A DNA stretch of 64,000 bases from assembly GCF_009914755.1 (NCBI RefSeq), contig NC_060942.1; one strand, 5' to 3'. The notes beneath the pieces were generated by a model, which searched no databases, was not told where the DNA came from, and saw nothing but the letters and a program-made list of their open reading frames with translations. Made by a program: the position numbers and the translations under genes. Shown in pieces: positions 15,477 through 28,760 of the stretch. This DNA is from the human T2T-CHM13v2.0 reference genome, Homo sapiens. Position 1 is the stretch's first letter; every line of letters begins with the position of its first letter.

Positions 15477-16439
15477 GTAAATAGTCAAGCCAGAAAAGCC
15501 TAACAGGAACCTGCCAGATACCTTCACCCCAGTACCGCTCATTAAAGGGGGATGACTTAATGGGAGGACCCTGTACACTTCCAGGGAATCCCAATAACAT
15601 ATTTAACTGAGAAATGATAGTTTTAAGTAACTGAAGCCACAAAAACAGATCTGTTTTCTCAATGATGAATATTTGAGCAACTACTTGAGCTGGGATAAGT
15701 GGCTTCTCAGGAACCTCATGAGCCCCCAACAGAATTCAGGGCGGTTATTAAAAAAGAAAGACAAATGGATGCTGGGAGATGCCCAATGTTGACTGCGAAC
15801 TGTGATCCAGGAATGCTGATCTTCTCAACCTGTAACTACAAATTAAGTGGTCATATTTCCACTAAAATAGGCTTTCATTCATTTGTCAAATAGATGTTAA
15901 GCACTCAATAAGTGCCAGAAAGTGTGCAAGGGGACAGATACACAATGTGATATACAAGACGAGACCCAGCTGCTGGGGAAGACAGACAATTAAAGAAATC
16001 ACGAGCATAGGTTAAATGCCACCACAAAGGAAGTACAATGAGCTAGAACGGAAGCGTATAGCAGGACCCAGCCTTCCAGAAAGAAGAGAAATTCCATGGG
16101 TGGGAATTAGCAGGGTGAATTGGAAATAAAAGAGTGGTCAGGCAAGGAAAATGTGTGTGAGATGACCCAGAGAAGACCATGAGAGCTTTAAGGAACTAGA
16201 GACATCAGTAAGGCTGAAGTGCAAGGAGAAAGTAGTGGTGAGAGGTGCAGCTGACAAGAAAGAACTGGGAATTTGGGGTTGGAGATGACTTAAGATAGGG
16301 GGATCAGGAGGCTGTGACAGCAGGACAGAGGGAAGGAAACTGATTAAGAGTTATTTAGGAAGTACAATTGACAGGATTTACTATTAACTGAATATGGTAA
16401 AAGCTTAGATGACTGACCTTAGACTTCTCTTTGCCAATA

Positions 16440-17760
16440 AAAGCATGAAATGCTATAATCCTCAAATCACTGCTTTAGCTATATCTCACAATTTTGACAT
16501 GTTATATTTTCATTTTCATTCAGTTTGAAATACTTTCCAATTTCCATTTAGAAGCTTATTAATTTCCAAATATTTGTGGCTTTTCCATATATTATACCTT
16601 TCTCTTATTGCTATTTAGTTTTATTCCACTGTGGTTACTATTTTAAATTTATGTAAGCTTATTTTATAGCCTAATGTATGATCTGGTATAGCGAATGTTT
16701 TACAAGCACTTATGAAAAATATGTGTTCTGCTGTTGTTGAGTAAAGCCATCTATACATGTCAGTGAGGTCAATTGATTAATACTGTGTTCGAGTCTTCTA
16801 TATCCTTACTGATTTTTTATCTACTTGTTCTATAAATTATTCAGAAATTAGTTTGATTCCCTTGAGGTTTACTTATAAGCTTTTTGGGGCCTAGAGTAGC
16901 CTTTATTCCAGGACTGATTTGACTCCTCTTCTAAGTCATGGCCTTTCTGGGGCTTGTTCTAAATGCCCCATATATTCAGTGAGGTCTCTCTCTCTGGCTG
17001 GAGGGAACTTGAGTGATTTTTGGCTTTGCAATTTTAGGGAATTGTTCATTTTAGAACTCCTCACCAGGTGCAGTGGCTCATGCCTGTAATCCCAGTGCTT
17101 TGGGAGGCCGAGGCTGGCAGATCACTTGAGGCCAGGAGTTTGAGACCAGCCTGGCCAGCATGGTGAGACTTCATCTCTACTAAAAATATAAAAATTAGCT
17201 GGGTGTGGTGGTGGGTGCCTGTAATCCCAGCTACTCAAAAGGATAAGGCATGAGAATCACTTGAACATGGGAGGTGGAGGTTGCAATGAGCTGAGATCAT
17301 GCCACTGCACTCCAGCCTGGGCGACAGAGTGAGTGAGACTCCATCTCAAAAAAAAAAAAAAAAAGAACTCCTCATAATTACTCTTTCACCAGAAGCTTTT
17401 CTTATCTGGCCTTATATTTCTATAGACTTCTGTTTTAAAAAGATTCCATGAACTCATGTGCAGATTTCCGGAGTACTTTTATCTGTGTAGCCCCTTCCCT
17501 TGAGAACTCTGCCTCACAGGTTCTTCACAGAGCCGCCTGGCCTTCCCCATCTCTGACCTCTGTCTCTGCAGCTCTGTGAAGCTGCCTCACTTTTTTGGAG
17601 TTCTCCCTCCCTGGACTGTAGCCCAGGACTTATCTCTAGGCAGAAAGGCCAGCTGATGGTAGGGCTTACCTTGTCTTCTTCCTTTTTCTCAGGAATCACA
17701 GTCTTGTTTTGCCCTATATCCAAATAGTGGCTTTCTATATTTTATCCTTTTTTTATAGTT
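16440..17760 (-). mobile_element. Old L1M fragments interrupted by an Alu
   Basis: T-rich antisense L1 motifs (gttatattttcattttcattcagt; gtcttctatatccttactgatttttt). Confidence 0.65.
17063..17364 (+). mobile_element. AluS
   Basis: Full Alu with TSD agaactcctca on both sides. Confidence 0.96.
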
Positions 17761-18337
17761 GCTTACAGAGGGAGGGAGATCACAGGCCGTCTTACTCCCT
17801 CATGGCCAGAAGCATGAGATCACTAGCAGATCATTAATGAGATCCAGAGACGATGGAGAAAGCAATGAGTCATGCGCAGTTTTGAGGTTACTGCCATGGG
17901 CAAGCAGGTGGATGATGGTCCCATTCACGGAGATGGCAAAATCCAGGGTGATAAACATGGGTAGGGGAGGGCATGAAAGAACTTCATGGGTTTACTGTTG
18001 TGTATGTTGGATCTGAGTCACTTGCAAGTCATTAAAGAAGCGAGTAAGCAGTGGAGGTTACAGAACAGCTCCCTCACGAGCTTCCACCTCCTTCTCTTCA
18101 TTCCACTCTGGGCTGCAGTTGCCATGGACTAGTGACCCCTTCCCAGGGTAATCAGCAGTGGTTATAACCACTTATTTTAGAAGAAAAATTTATTTGTGAA
18201 ATTTAGTTGGGATAATCCAGCCCCACAGTCTTCCAAATTATTAGGGTGCATGGCCCAGCATTGGTACATTTCCCAAAGGCTGGATTGTCCTTTCTAAACA
18301 ACACAACAGATGAAACACCAGTAACCTAGTGCAAGTA

Positions 18338-18497
18338 GCACGGCCCCAAGCCCAGTTCATTCCTTCCCTTTTGCAAGCTGCACGGTCCCAAGCCCAGTTC
18401 ATTCCTTCCTTTTTGCATAGCACGGCCCCAAGCCCAGTTCATTCCTTCCCTTTTGTAAGTTGCACAGCCCCAAGCCCAGTTCATTCCTTCCCTTTGT
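18338..18497. repeat. 40-42 bp minisatellite, 4 copies
   Basis: Unit GCACGGCCCCAAGCCCAGTTCATTCCTTCCCTTTTGCAAGCT repeated head-to-tail with few substitutions. Confidence 0.95.
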
Positions 18498-18999
18498 TTT
18501 TCCCCCGACCTGACCTTAACTTACTTTTCCTCCTGTCTTTCTCTTTTTCCTTTACAATGATCTCTCCCCCACTGCAGAGAAGTGAAGAGAAGGCCAAGCT
18601 GTCAGGGTTTCCTACAGCATGGGGAACTTCTCTAGGGACCGCCTGTGAGGAGATATGCACCAACTCCACAAAAATAAGCAATAAAATATTTGCACATTGT
18701 GGTCTATAGCCATATTTGGGAAAGAAAATTATTCTAAAAAATTATTCTAAAGAAACACAATCTGCAGCAATGTAACTCTGACACCGTAATCACAACCTTT
18801 ACATTATTATCCAAAGGGGTTAGCTCCTTGGAGCCTAAGCCACATTATATCTTCTTCCTGGAGGAGGTTCATTCCCCACTGGGGTGATTTCCAAGAAGAA
18901 AGAAGGCCTCAAAAATAAATTCAAGTTTCTATCCCTTAGGAGGCAGGAAATCGCAGGAACTTTAAATTTACAACGTTTAAATATTATCTCTTCATTAAG

Positions 19000-19000
<1 letters not shown>

Positions 19001-19047
<47 letters not shown>

Positions 19048-19060
19048 CGCATATATGTAC
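19001..19060. repeat. (TG)n(CG)n compound microsatellite, Z-DNA-prone
   Basis: 60 consecutive alternating purine/pyrimidine bases including a (GC)6 run. Confidence 0.95.
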
Positions 19061-19081
19061 CATTTATATATAAATAAAACC

Positions 19082-19419
<338 letters not shown>

Positions 19420-20895
19420 TCAACTTGCATTTTATTACTATTGTTTGATAAGGAAGAGAATCCTGTATTGGGAGCACTGGCTAGAAAATGTGGATTTTGC
19501 TTTGTTTTCTATAAGTGGCTACAGCATAAAAATAACCTCTGAATCTCGATGAGTATCTATTGATATCTAATGCCAGCTCCTTTTTCTAAGTATAATGGTC
19601 CCTGGAAAGTGTTGTTCAACTTCATTGTTACAACACTGGAATTCTAGTAACTTTGGAGACACTGTGGTGGTTTCTGCTGTTGCAGAAGAGTTAGAATATG
19701 ATTTAATTGGGTGAGAGCTGTCCTCAGGAAATGCTGTGAAGGTCCCTGCCTTGTAAGCTAACAATCAAAGGAGTAGTTGACAAAAATATAGTGAAGAAAT
19801 TCTGGAGCTGGTAGTTTGAATTCCTGTAAGTCCTTAAAATCACAAATTTTAGAGAACCTGGTGATATTTAAAGAGAAGAAAACAGAGCTTTTTGTTTTTG
19901 CCATTCAGAATTGTGTACTTTGAAAGAGGAAGTGGGATGAAGAAAGGACTATAAAGTGAGTTATGGTGTCCAATGGTAACCTGCAACAGCTTCAACTCAA
20001 AACAGCTTGAGGACATGTTTTATTCTCCGGGTCCTTAAAACCATGATCTCTACCCACACTCCCTAAAACTGGGGATTTTTAGCCACATCCGTCCCTCATC
20101 TGAGAACACCACATTTCTCCCTCTGTCAACATCTTGAGGAGCTCTGTGCCAGCAGCCACCCTTGCAGTTTAGTTCATTCCTCCATCAGGCTCCAGTTTGG
20201 AATCCAGTCCTGATTTGACCGCAGCCTCATGGGAGAGGCTGTACACTGTCTAGTCATGCTCATGACCACTGGAAACCTCCACACGTCATGCAGCTGCCCA
20301 GCCTGGGCACCCACAGCCCAGCTTCTCTCCACATGCAGACCTGTCCTCCCTGACTGCTGGCCCAGCTCCTGCAGTCACCCAGCAGCTACCAGAGGGCCCG
20401 GCCAAAAATCACACAAGACTTTTACTCAAGTTTTCTAAAATAAGATTGCTTATAAATGCCACTGACAACCATGTTCATAGTTTCGACTTCTTAATTTCTG
20501 CCAGCATTTCTACCTTAGAAGTTTCCACCAGCTTCCTGCCGAGCAGTCTTCATCTGTCCCCCTGATGGACTCCTGAGGACCTTTCTATCTGCACAAGGTA
20601 ACAGGTAGGAGCTGGAGGGTTTCTTCTAAGACGATTCTGTGGAAGAAAATCCAGAAGACACTATGTGGAAATTATTAGATAGGAGATTAGGATCCAACAG
20701 GACATGCTATTGTATCTGTTGCCTCAGCCCCCCACAACAAAGAGTTCTCTACCCAAAATGCGAAGCTGAGGTTAAGAGACCCTGAGCTAGAGAACATGAA
20801 GGTACACCTGCTGACCCTCATCTTAGAACTACAGAGTTATAAAAATTACATTTTCTGTAACCCAAAGTTACAGAAAAATAGGACCTAATCTACAC

Positions 20896-21422
20896 CAGCA
20901 GTCCCCAACCTTTTTGGGACCAGGGACTGGTTTCACAGAAGACAATTTTTCCACAGACCAAGGTTGGGGGATGGTTTGAGGATGCTTCAAGCCCACTGCA
21001 TTTATTATGCACTTTCTTTCTATTACTATTACATTGTAATATATAGTGAAATAATTACACAACTCACCATCATGTAGAATTAGTGGGAGCCCTGAGCGTG
21101 CATTTCTGCAACTAGAAGTCCCAACTAGGGGTGATGGGAGATAGTGACAGATCATCAGGCATTAGATTCTCATAAGGAGCGTGCAACCTGGATCCCTCCC
21201 ATGCACAGTTCACAGTAGGGTTTGCACTCCTACGAGAATCTAATGCTGCCACTGATCTGACAGGAGGCAGAGCTCAGGCAGTGATGTGAGTGATGGGGAG
21301 CGGCTGAAAACACAGGTGAAGCTTCACTCACTTGCCTGCCACTTCACCTCCTGCTGTGTGGCCCAGTTTCTAACAGGCCGTGGACAGGTACTGGTCCATG
21401 GCCAAGGGGTTAGGGACCCCTG
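20896..21422 (-). mobile_element. MER1A (hAT-Charlie non-autonomous DNA transposon), full length
   Basis: TIRs CAGCAGTCCCCAACC...GGTTAGGGACCCCTG, 527 bp, 8-bp TSD atctacac/atctacag typical of hAT. Confidence 0.93.
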
Positions 21423-21744
21423 ATCTACAGGATATAATTACATTGGAGGAAAATAACTTGGACACACAGCATAGCTAATAAAGACTAACAAGTGGCCCAG
21501 ACAATAAGTGCTCTGAGTTCAGTGGACAAAGAGGGTCCTCCTGGGATCTGCTTCCATCTGGCACAGGTAGAGAAGATGCCTCTGTGAATTGCAGACTTGA
21601 GAAGAACCCTGAGAAATGGGTAGGAGAGGCAAAAGAGGACATTTGCAAATGTCTGATGCTGGAAATTTACAGATGTGTTGGAGGCAGGGAGTAGACTGGC
21701 TTGTCTAGAATGGGGGATTATGAAGAGAAGTGGTAGGAATTTAG

Positions 21745-22131
<387 letters not shown>

Positions 22132-22929
22132 TAATCACTAGAAAGCATCCGGTAAGTTTATAAAATAAATGATAAAGATGAGAAGGGAGACCTGCATTTT
22201 GAGTTCTCCTCCCGCAGTGTGGCTGCTAACAATTCTATTTCACGCCTCTGCTGCCTTCCCCCTAGACCCGAGACAAGTAGACGTCCTCATGCTGCCAGTA
22301 AGAGATGGCAGCAGAGGGGGAAGAAAGAAATGCAGATTTTTTTCAACCATGGGAACCAACAGCAGGGAACCCTATATCCCCACTATCCTGCATTCATTCA
22401 GGCAACAAACATTTATTGCCAACTGTTTACAGATGTTTGAACATTGATTCATTATGGAATCATAAATCTCAGGTAAGAATGAACCTAAAATGCAGTCCAG
22501 GGCCTTAAACAAGGGCCTTCAATGAACTTGAGTAGAAATAAACCCCTGATGTGAGTGAGTTTCCAAGGCCACAGGAAGAGATGACAGTCTGCTTCCTACC
22601 TGTACTGAGCAGGCCTGTAGCCAGAAGCCCTGGGCCAGTGCGGGGAGGGGACTGGCTTTCAAGCTGTGTCTGGCAGTGGCGGTGGGATTGTCTTGCTTCA
22701 CATTTTCAAACTAGAAACAACACTGTGTGGCACCATTGGTGTTTGTTAAGACATTGGATACCAGTAATTCTAAGAACTAACCAAGCAGCAGCAGCTCTGC
22801 ATCCCCACTGCCGGGTAAGGATTATGGTCGGGCTGTGGAGCCCATCAACATGTGAAAAATAAAACGGACCCCACGGTCACCTCCCCATGGTCACCTCTGC
22901 CAGAGAATCAAGCCCACCAGGCAGTAAAT

Positions 22930-23434
22930 TGCCGAGACCTGCTCAGTCGGGGAGACCCTAACCCAGCGGCACTAGAGGAATTAAAGACACACACAGAAAT
23001 ATAGAGGCGTGAAGTGGGAAATCAGGGGTCTCACAGCCTTCAGATTTGAGAGCCCCGAACAGAGATTTACCCACATATTTATTAACAGCAAGCCAGTCAT
23101 TAGCATTGTTTCTATAGATATTAAATTAACTAAAAGTATCACTTATACGAAGGGATGGGCCGAATTAAAGAAATAGGTTGGGGTAGTTAACTGCAGCAGG
23201 AACATGCCCTTAAGGCATAAATCGCTCATACTATTGTTTCGGCTTAAGAACACCTTTAAGCGGTTTTCCACCCTGGGTGGGCCAGGTGTTCCTTGCCCTC
23301 ATTCCCGTAAACCCACAACCTTCCAGCTTGGGCGCTAGGGCCATTATGAACATGTCACAGTGCTGCAGAGATTTTGTTTACGGCCAGTCTTGGGGCCAGT
23401 TTATGGCCAGATTTTGGGGGGCTTGCTCCCAACA
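22930..23434 (-). mobile_element. MER9-type solo LTR (HERV-K HML-3 group)
   Basis: Minus strand reads TGTTGGGAGCAAGCCCCCCAAAATCTGGCCATAAAC...GGTCTCGGCA; perfect 6-bp TSD gtaaat. Confidence 0.92.
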
Positions 23435-23686
23435 GTAAATGGCAAGAGTGAGTCCTCGCCCTCAGAACTGCTTTTAGACAAAGACCGCTGCTTGCCTGAG
23501 GTCTCAAAGGCCGTCCTTGTCAGATGCAGCTTCCCAGAGGCTCAACATCGGCTGAGCGGTGCCCTCGTCCTACTGCAGGAGCCGCACCCGGGAAGAAGAG
23601 AGAGAAATGCTGCTCCCCCGTGTCCTTCTAGCCAATGGCTTTGGCTCTGGGGGACAAAGTAACAGGAAACCATTTCTAAATCCTCC

Positions 23687-24705
23687 TTGTCTATGATTTT
23701 TGCCAAGTCAGTTTCAGGCAACGGGGAGGACAGCTGCCCTTCTGGAGTACATGTGTTCTTGGAGAGGCTGTCCCACCCTGCACCTCTGGGGGACAGCTGT
23801 TAATGGCCTGTGGACCAGGGCCTCCATCCGCACGGGGAGGGGCAGCCTGCAGACAGTTTTTTGTGTCAAAACTGCTAACAGTGCCCCGTCCAACGCCCTC
23901 CTCCCCACGGGTGAACAGTCCTCCTTATGAACATCTGAGCCCCATGCCATAACTTCAAGTTTTTCAAAAGCTGTATTTGAGTTCTACAAGACTCAGCCAT
24001 ATTCGTGTTAAGATGTAAATCTCACATCGCACCTGTGGCCCTTCTCCTCCCGCAGAGCAGACCCAGACTATCCCTGGGAAATTTGTGAAGTCTGTGCATT
24101 GTGGGGAGGGGTGGTAGGAAAGTAGGGGGCAGGGGCTGCTCTTTCCCCTTCCCTCTCCTGGCTCAATCTCCGACAGGGGCCGGGGAGGATGAAGAGAGGC
24201 AGAGACAGCTCATCTCCAACACAACAGCCCTGGCAAAGCCTCTCCCTCTGGGCTGATCATGGCTGCACTTCCAGCCGTGGATCTGAGGGCTAATGTGCAG
24301 TCTACGGGCCAGCAGCCCCGTCCACCCAGCAGAGCCCTGTGCCCTGGTCCCAGGGAGGCTCGGAGCTTTCTCTGGCTCCACGGGCCCTGCCTTTGGGATT
24401 GGAATCTTGGGTGATGGCCCTTGCCCCCTCCTCCTGGCTGTCCCAGCACACCATGCCTGCTCCAGGAGCTGTGGGCAGGTCAGCTTCCCCATGGCTGAGC
24501 AGATGCCTCGCTGGGAAGGACATGAGGTGCCCTTTCCTCGAGGACGCCTGGGACATGATGAGGGGTTCCCTTGGGCCTTGCTGCTCCTCTTTCCCCACTC
24601 CCCTGGGGAGGTGCAGGGTGGGGCAGCCTTTCCAAGAACACACGTACTCCAGAAGGGCAGCTTCCTCCCTGTTACCTGAAACGGCCTTGGCAAAAATCAT
24701 AACAA
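23687..24705. repeat. Inverted repeat IR1: arms 23687-23786 and 24608-24705
   Basis: Manual alignment of the reverse complement gives 7 substitutions and 2 single-base indels over ~100 bp; 821-bp spacer. Confidence 0.93.
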
Positions 24706-24718
24706 TGAGAAAATTATG

Positions 24719-25789
<1,071 letters not shown>

Positions 25790-27215
25790 TATGGCAGTGA
25801 AGGAGATCTGATCTAGCCAATCCCCATCTTGCCTTTGGCCTTCAAATCACCCTTGATTATTCCTGGACTTGGGTCAAACTTTGGGAGACATGGAGTTTAT
25901 AGTTTAGATGCTAATAGCCTTTCTGTAAACTCAGTCACCTTTGTAAAGCTAATGCAAAGCTACCAGGCTAGGAGGATGAGAGGAGCCTGAATTCCACTAA
26001 GGTGTGGATATAAACATTACAAACCATTATTCCAGAGCCACAGGATATGCACCTTCCCCAGTTACTCCTGTGGATAACATCACTATTGTAGAACCTTAGA
26101 GAGGCCTTGTGAGATATCGTTTCAGGCTTTTTTTTTTGCATGTCTGATGACTGAAGGCTCCACCTGGACCCACCAACTGCTCCTGTGGCCCCACCCAGAA
26201 GCGACTCATGGTGCATGAAGACCATTTCCCACTGCCCTGTGTTGCACCCCCAACCAGTCAGCAGCAAGCACCCATTGCCTAGCCACCCCCACCATTCTTC
26301 CCCCAAACTGTCCTTGAAAAACGCTAGCCTCCAAATTTTTGGAGAGGCCGATTCAAGTAATAAAACTCCGGTCTTCCATTTAGCTGGCTCTACTCGTGTA
26401 AATCGCTTTCTCTACTGCAGTTCCCCTGCCTTGATAGATGGGCTCTGTCTGGGCACCAAACAAGGAGAACCCATGGGGTGGTTACAAGTCCTCCCCTGAT
26501 GCTAGGTGGGGCTCCATCAAGTGCTGCAATGGTGTCTTTCAGCAAGTGACAATCCCAGTGGCTGTGGTTTTCTAAACAGAGTGGGGAATTCTTGGTGCCC
26601 CCAATCTTACCGCTAAAGGCAGCCGGTGTTAAGTTTCTTATGATTCCTTAAACCCCTTCCACACTGTGCTTCTCTAAGCGTACATTAATCTATCCATTTA
26701 TTTTTTAATGGCACGAGAGGGACCCTGCGTGCACAGAGCCCCACATCTCACTTTTCCTACAACTACATTTTGGAGAGCTTGTCATATAAGCCTACAGGTA
26801 ACAGCTACATCCTAGTCCTTCAGGTGCATAAAATGCCATTCACCCACCACCAGCTCTGTACTAGTGAAGACATGGTTGATTCAAACTTTGTGTGCTGTTA
26901 CCGACACAGCTGCAGCAAGCACCCTTTCCTCGTCCACAGCATATGCTGCCTGCAGAGCTTGCTTCTGGTCTTTTTAATGCATGTGATTCTGCTAGGAGAG
27001 TATCAGCTCCATAGGAATTCCCTGACTTTGATGAAGGATCATTGTTACGAACATTCTGCCTAATGGTAACCCTTACATGTGTGAGGCATCTTACACCAGA
27101 CCAAGCACGCACACACCTATCTTCTATTCACAACACCCTGCCAGCCAGAGGATTTCCCTCCCTCCTGGCCACATATTGGAACCCATGGGTGGGGGACTTT
27201 AAACATCCCCGTATT

Positions 27216-27374
27216 TGTTACCAGGGGCAGGTATCTGAGTTACCACGAGTTACTGGTGGCATATTCGGACAGGTCTGCATCAACTTCAGCCGTTGCCTCC
27301 TCAGAAGAAAGAATTCGATGAGGGGCATAAAGCAGAAAAAGAGACCGAGAAAAGTTTCAGAGCAGGAGTGGAAG

Positions 27375-27416
<42 letters not shown>

Positions 27417-28013
27417 TTGAGGTGGAGTCGCCCTCTCTGTGGCCCAGGCTGGAGTGCAGTGGCATGATCTCAGCTCACTGCAACCTCCTTTAGAACAGGA
27501 AAGAAATAAGATTCACTTGGAAGGGACCCAAGTGGGCACCTGAGGGTCAAAGAGCAAGTGCCCATTTAACTGTGATCCTAGGACTTTATAGGCCCGCCTC
27601 TTTCCCATGATTCTCCCCTCGGGGCGGGCTTCTCACATGTGCAGTGCCCTCTTTACCCTTAGGAAGCGAGCATGCACAGTGCATTTAGGAAGTCATATGC
27701 ATGCCCATCTGAGGCTTTCTTCCCTTTGCTGTGGAGTGCCCCTGGAAGGTCAGACTTCACCATTTTGTCTCTTAACGTGCACGCCCAGGAATTCTTTTCT
27801 CCCTGGCTCTGCATTCAATGAACACTTTAATGTTAACAGCTGTGGATCATCAGGAGACTGTCTGTCCTTGGTGCGCTGGCACCAGCTGCTAAATTATTGT
27901 TTTTAGAGAGACAGTGTGATAATTGTCGAACCATCACCTGGCATTCCTAGTGGATGGGAGGAGAGCCCTTTTCTGCCCATGCCAGGCTCATGCCTGTCTA
28001 ACTACCTGTAATA
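27216..28013 (-). mobile_element. ERV1 solo LTR (MER50/MER83-like)
   Basis: Contains the cttgcctcctcagaagaaagaattcga...ggggcataa-like block; minus strand starts TATTACAGGTAGTTAGACAGGCATGAG. Subfamily uncertain. Confidence 0.7.
27376..27489 (-). mobile_element. 5'-truncated Alu fragment whose tail became an (ATT)n microsatellite
   Basis: (ATT)13-14 followed by ~70 bp of antisense Alu 3' end. Confidence 0.9.
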
Positions 28014-28339
28014 TATACAGGCTGTACCGTACAGCAGTTACACCAGAGCTCTGAGGATGGGACCCAGGTCTCAGTGTTGCCTTTAAAACCCTGGGTGATT
28101 GCAGAGGGCAGCCAAGGTTGAGAACCTCAAAGCCATTCTGGAAATGTGAGCAGAGAGGCCAGACGGGAGGTGGTGGTCTGACTCCACCTCAGTGCATATG
28201 GAGAGTAAAGGTAAGACGCTCCTGAAGTGTCTGTCCATTTACGAAACCAAGACAGACTCACCATCTGCACCCACTGCATTTTCTCAGCACCGTTTTCCTC
28301 TTAGCTACTGCGTTCTGACTCTCCCACCTATGGAGTCCT

Positions 28340-28760
28340 AATAAGGGAAAGGGAGTCAGCCTGGTAAGAATAGGGGAGAGCAGAAAGAAAAGCAGACAAG
28401 CTCTCAGTCTGCCTTTCTTTGTGGTCCAGGACACATAGCCCTCCTGCACAAATAACTCACAATCTTCCTGCACCTGGCTTATCCTCAGACACCTTGGCTG
28501 ATAGAAACATGCAAGTTAGCTCACTGCAACCTAGGCAGCCCTCTCCAGCACAAGCACCATCCTATAAAACACCTGCAAGCCTGCATCTCCTGGCAGTCAG
28601 CTCGTCTCTTGCTAATCTTCGTCTTGCTTTCTTGCAACATATTTTCCTACTTTTTCTAATAAACCTGCCTTTCTTACCTACAACTGTGTTGGTAAATTCT
28701 TTTTACCACCCACATCACTGGCCCCAGATAGTTGCTACGCGCACCGCCACCCCCATCTCT
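28340..28760 (+). mobile_element. Solo LTR (LTR47-like)
   Basis: gtccaggacacatagccctcctgcacaaataactcacaatcttcc block, TATAAAA at 28563-28569, AATAAA at 28658-28663. Confidence 0.65.

Noticed and set aside
18338-18497. Short repeated units resembling a CRISPR array
   Set aside because: Units are contiguous with no unique spacers, no cas genes, and the context is primate DNA; it is a minisatellite.
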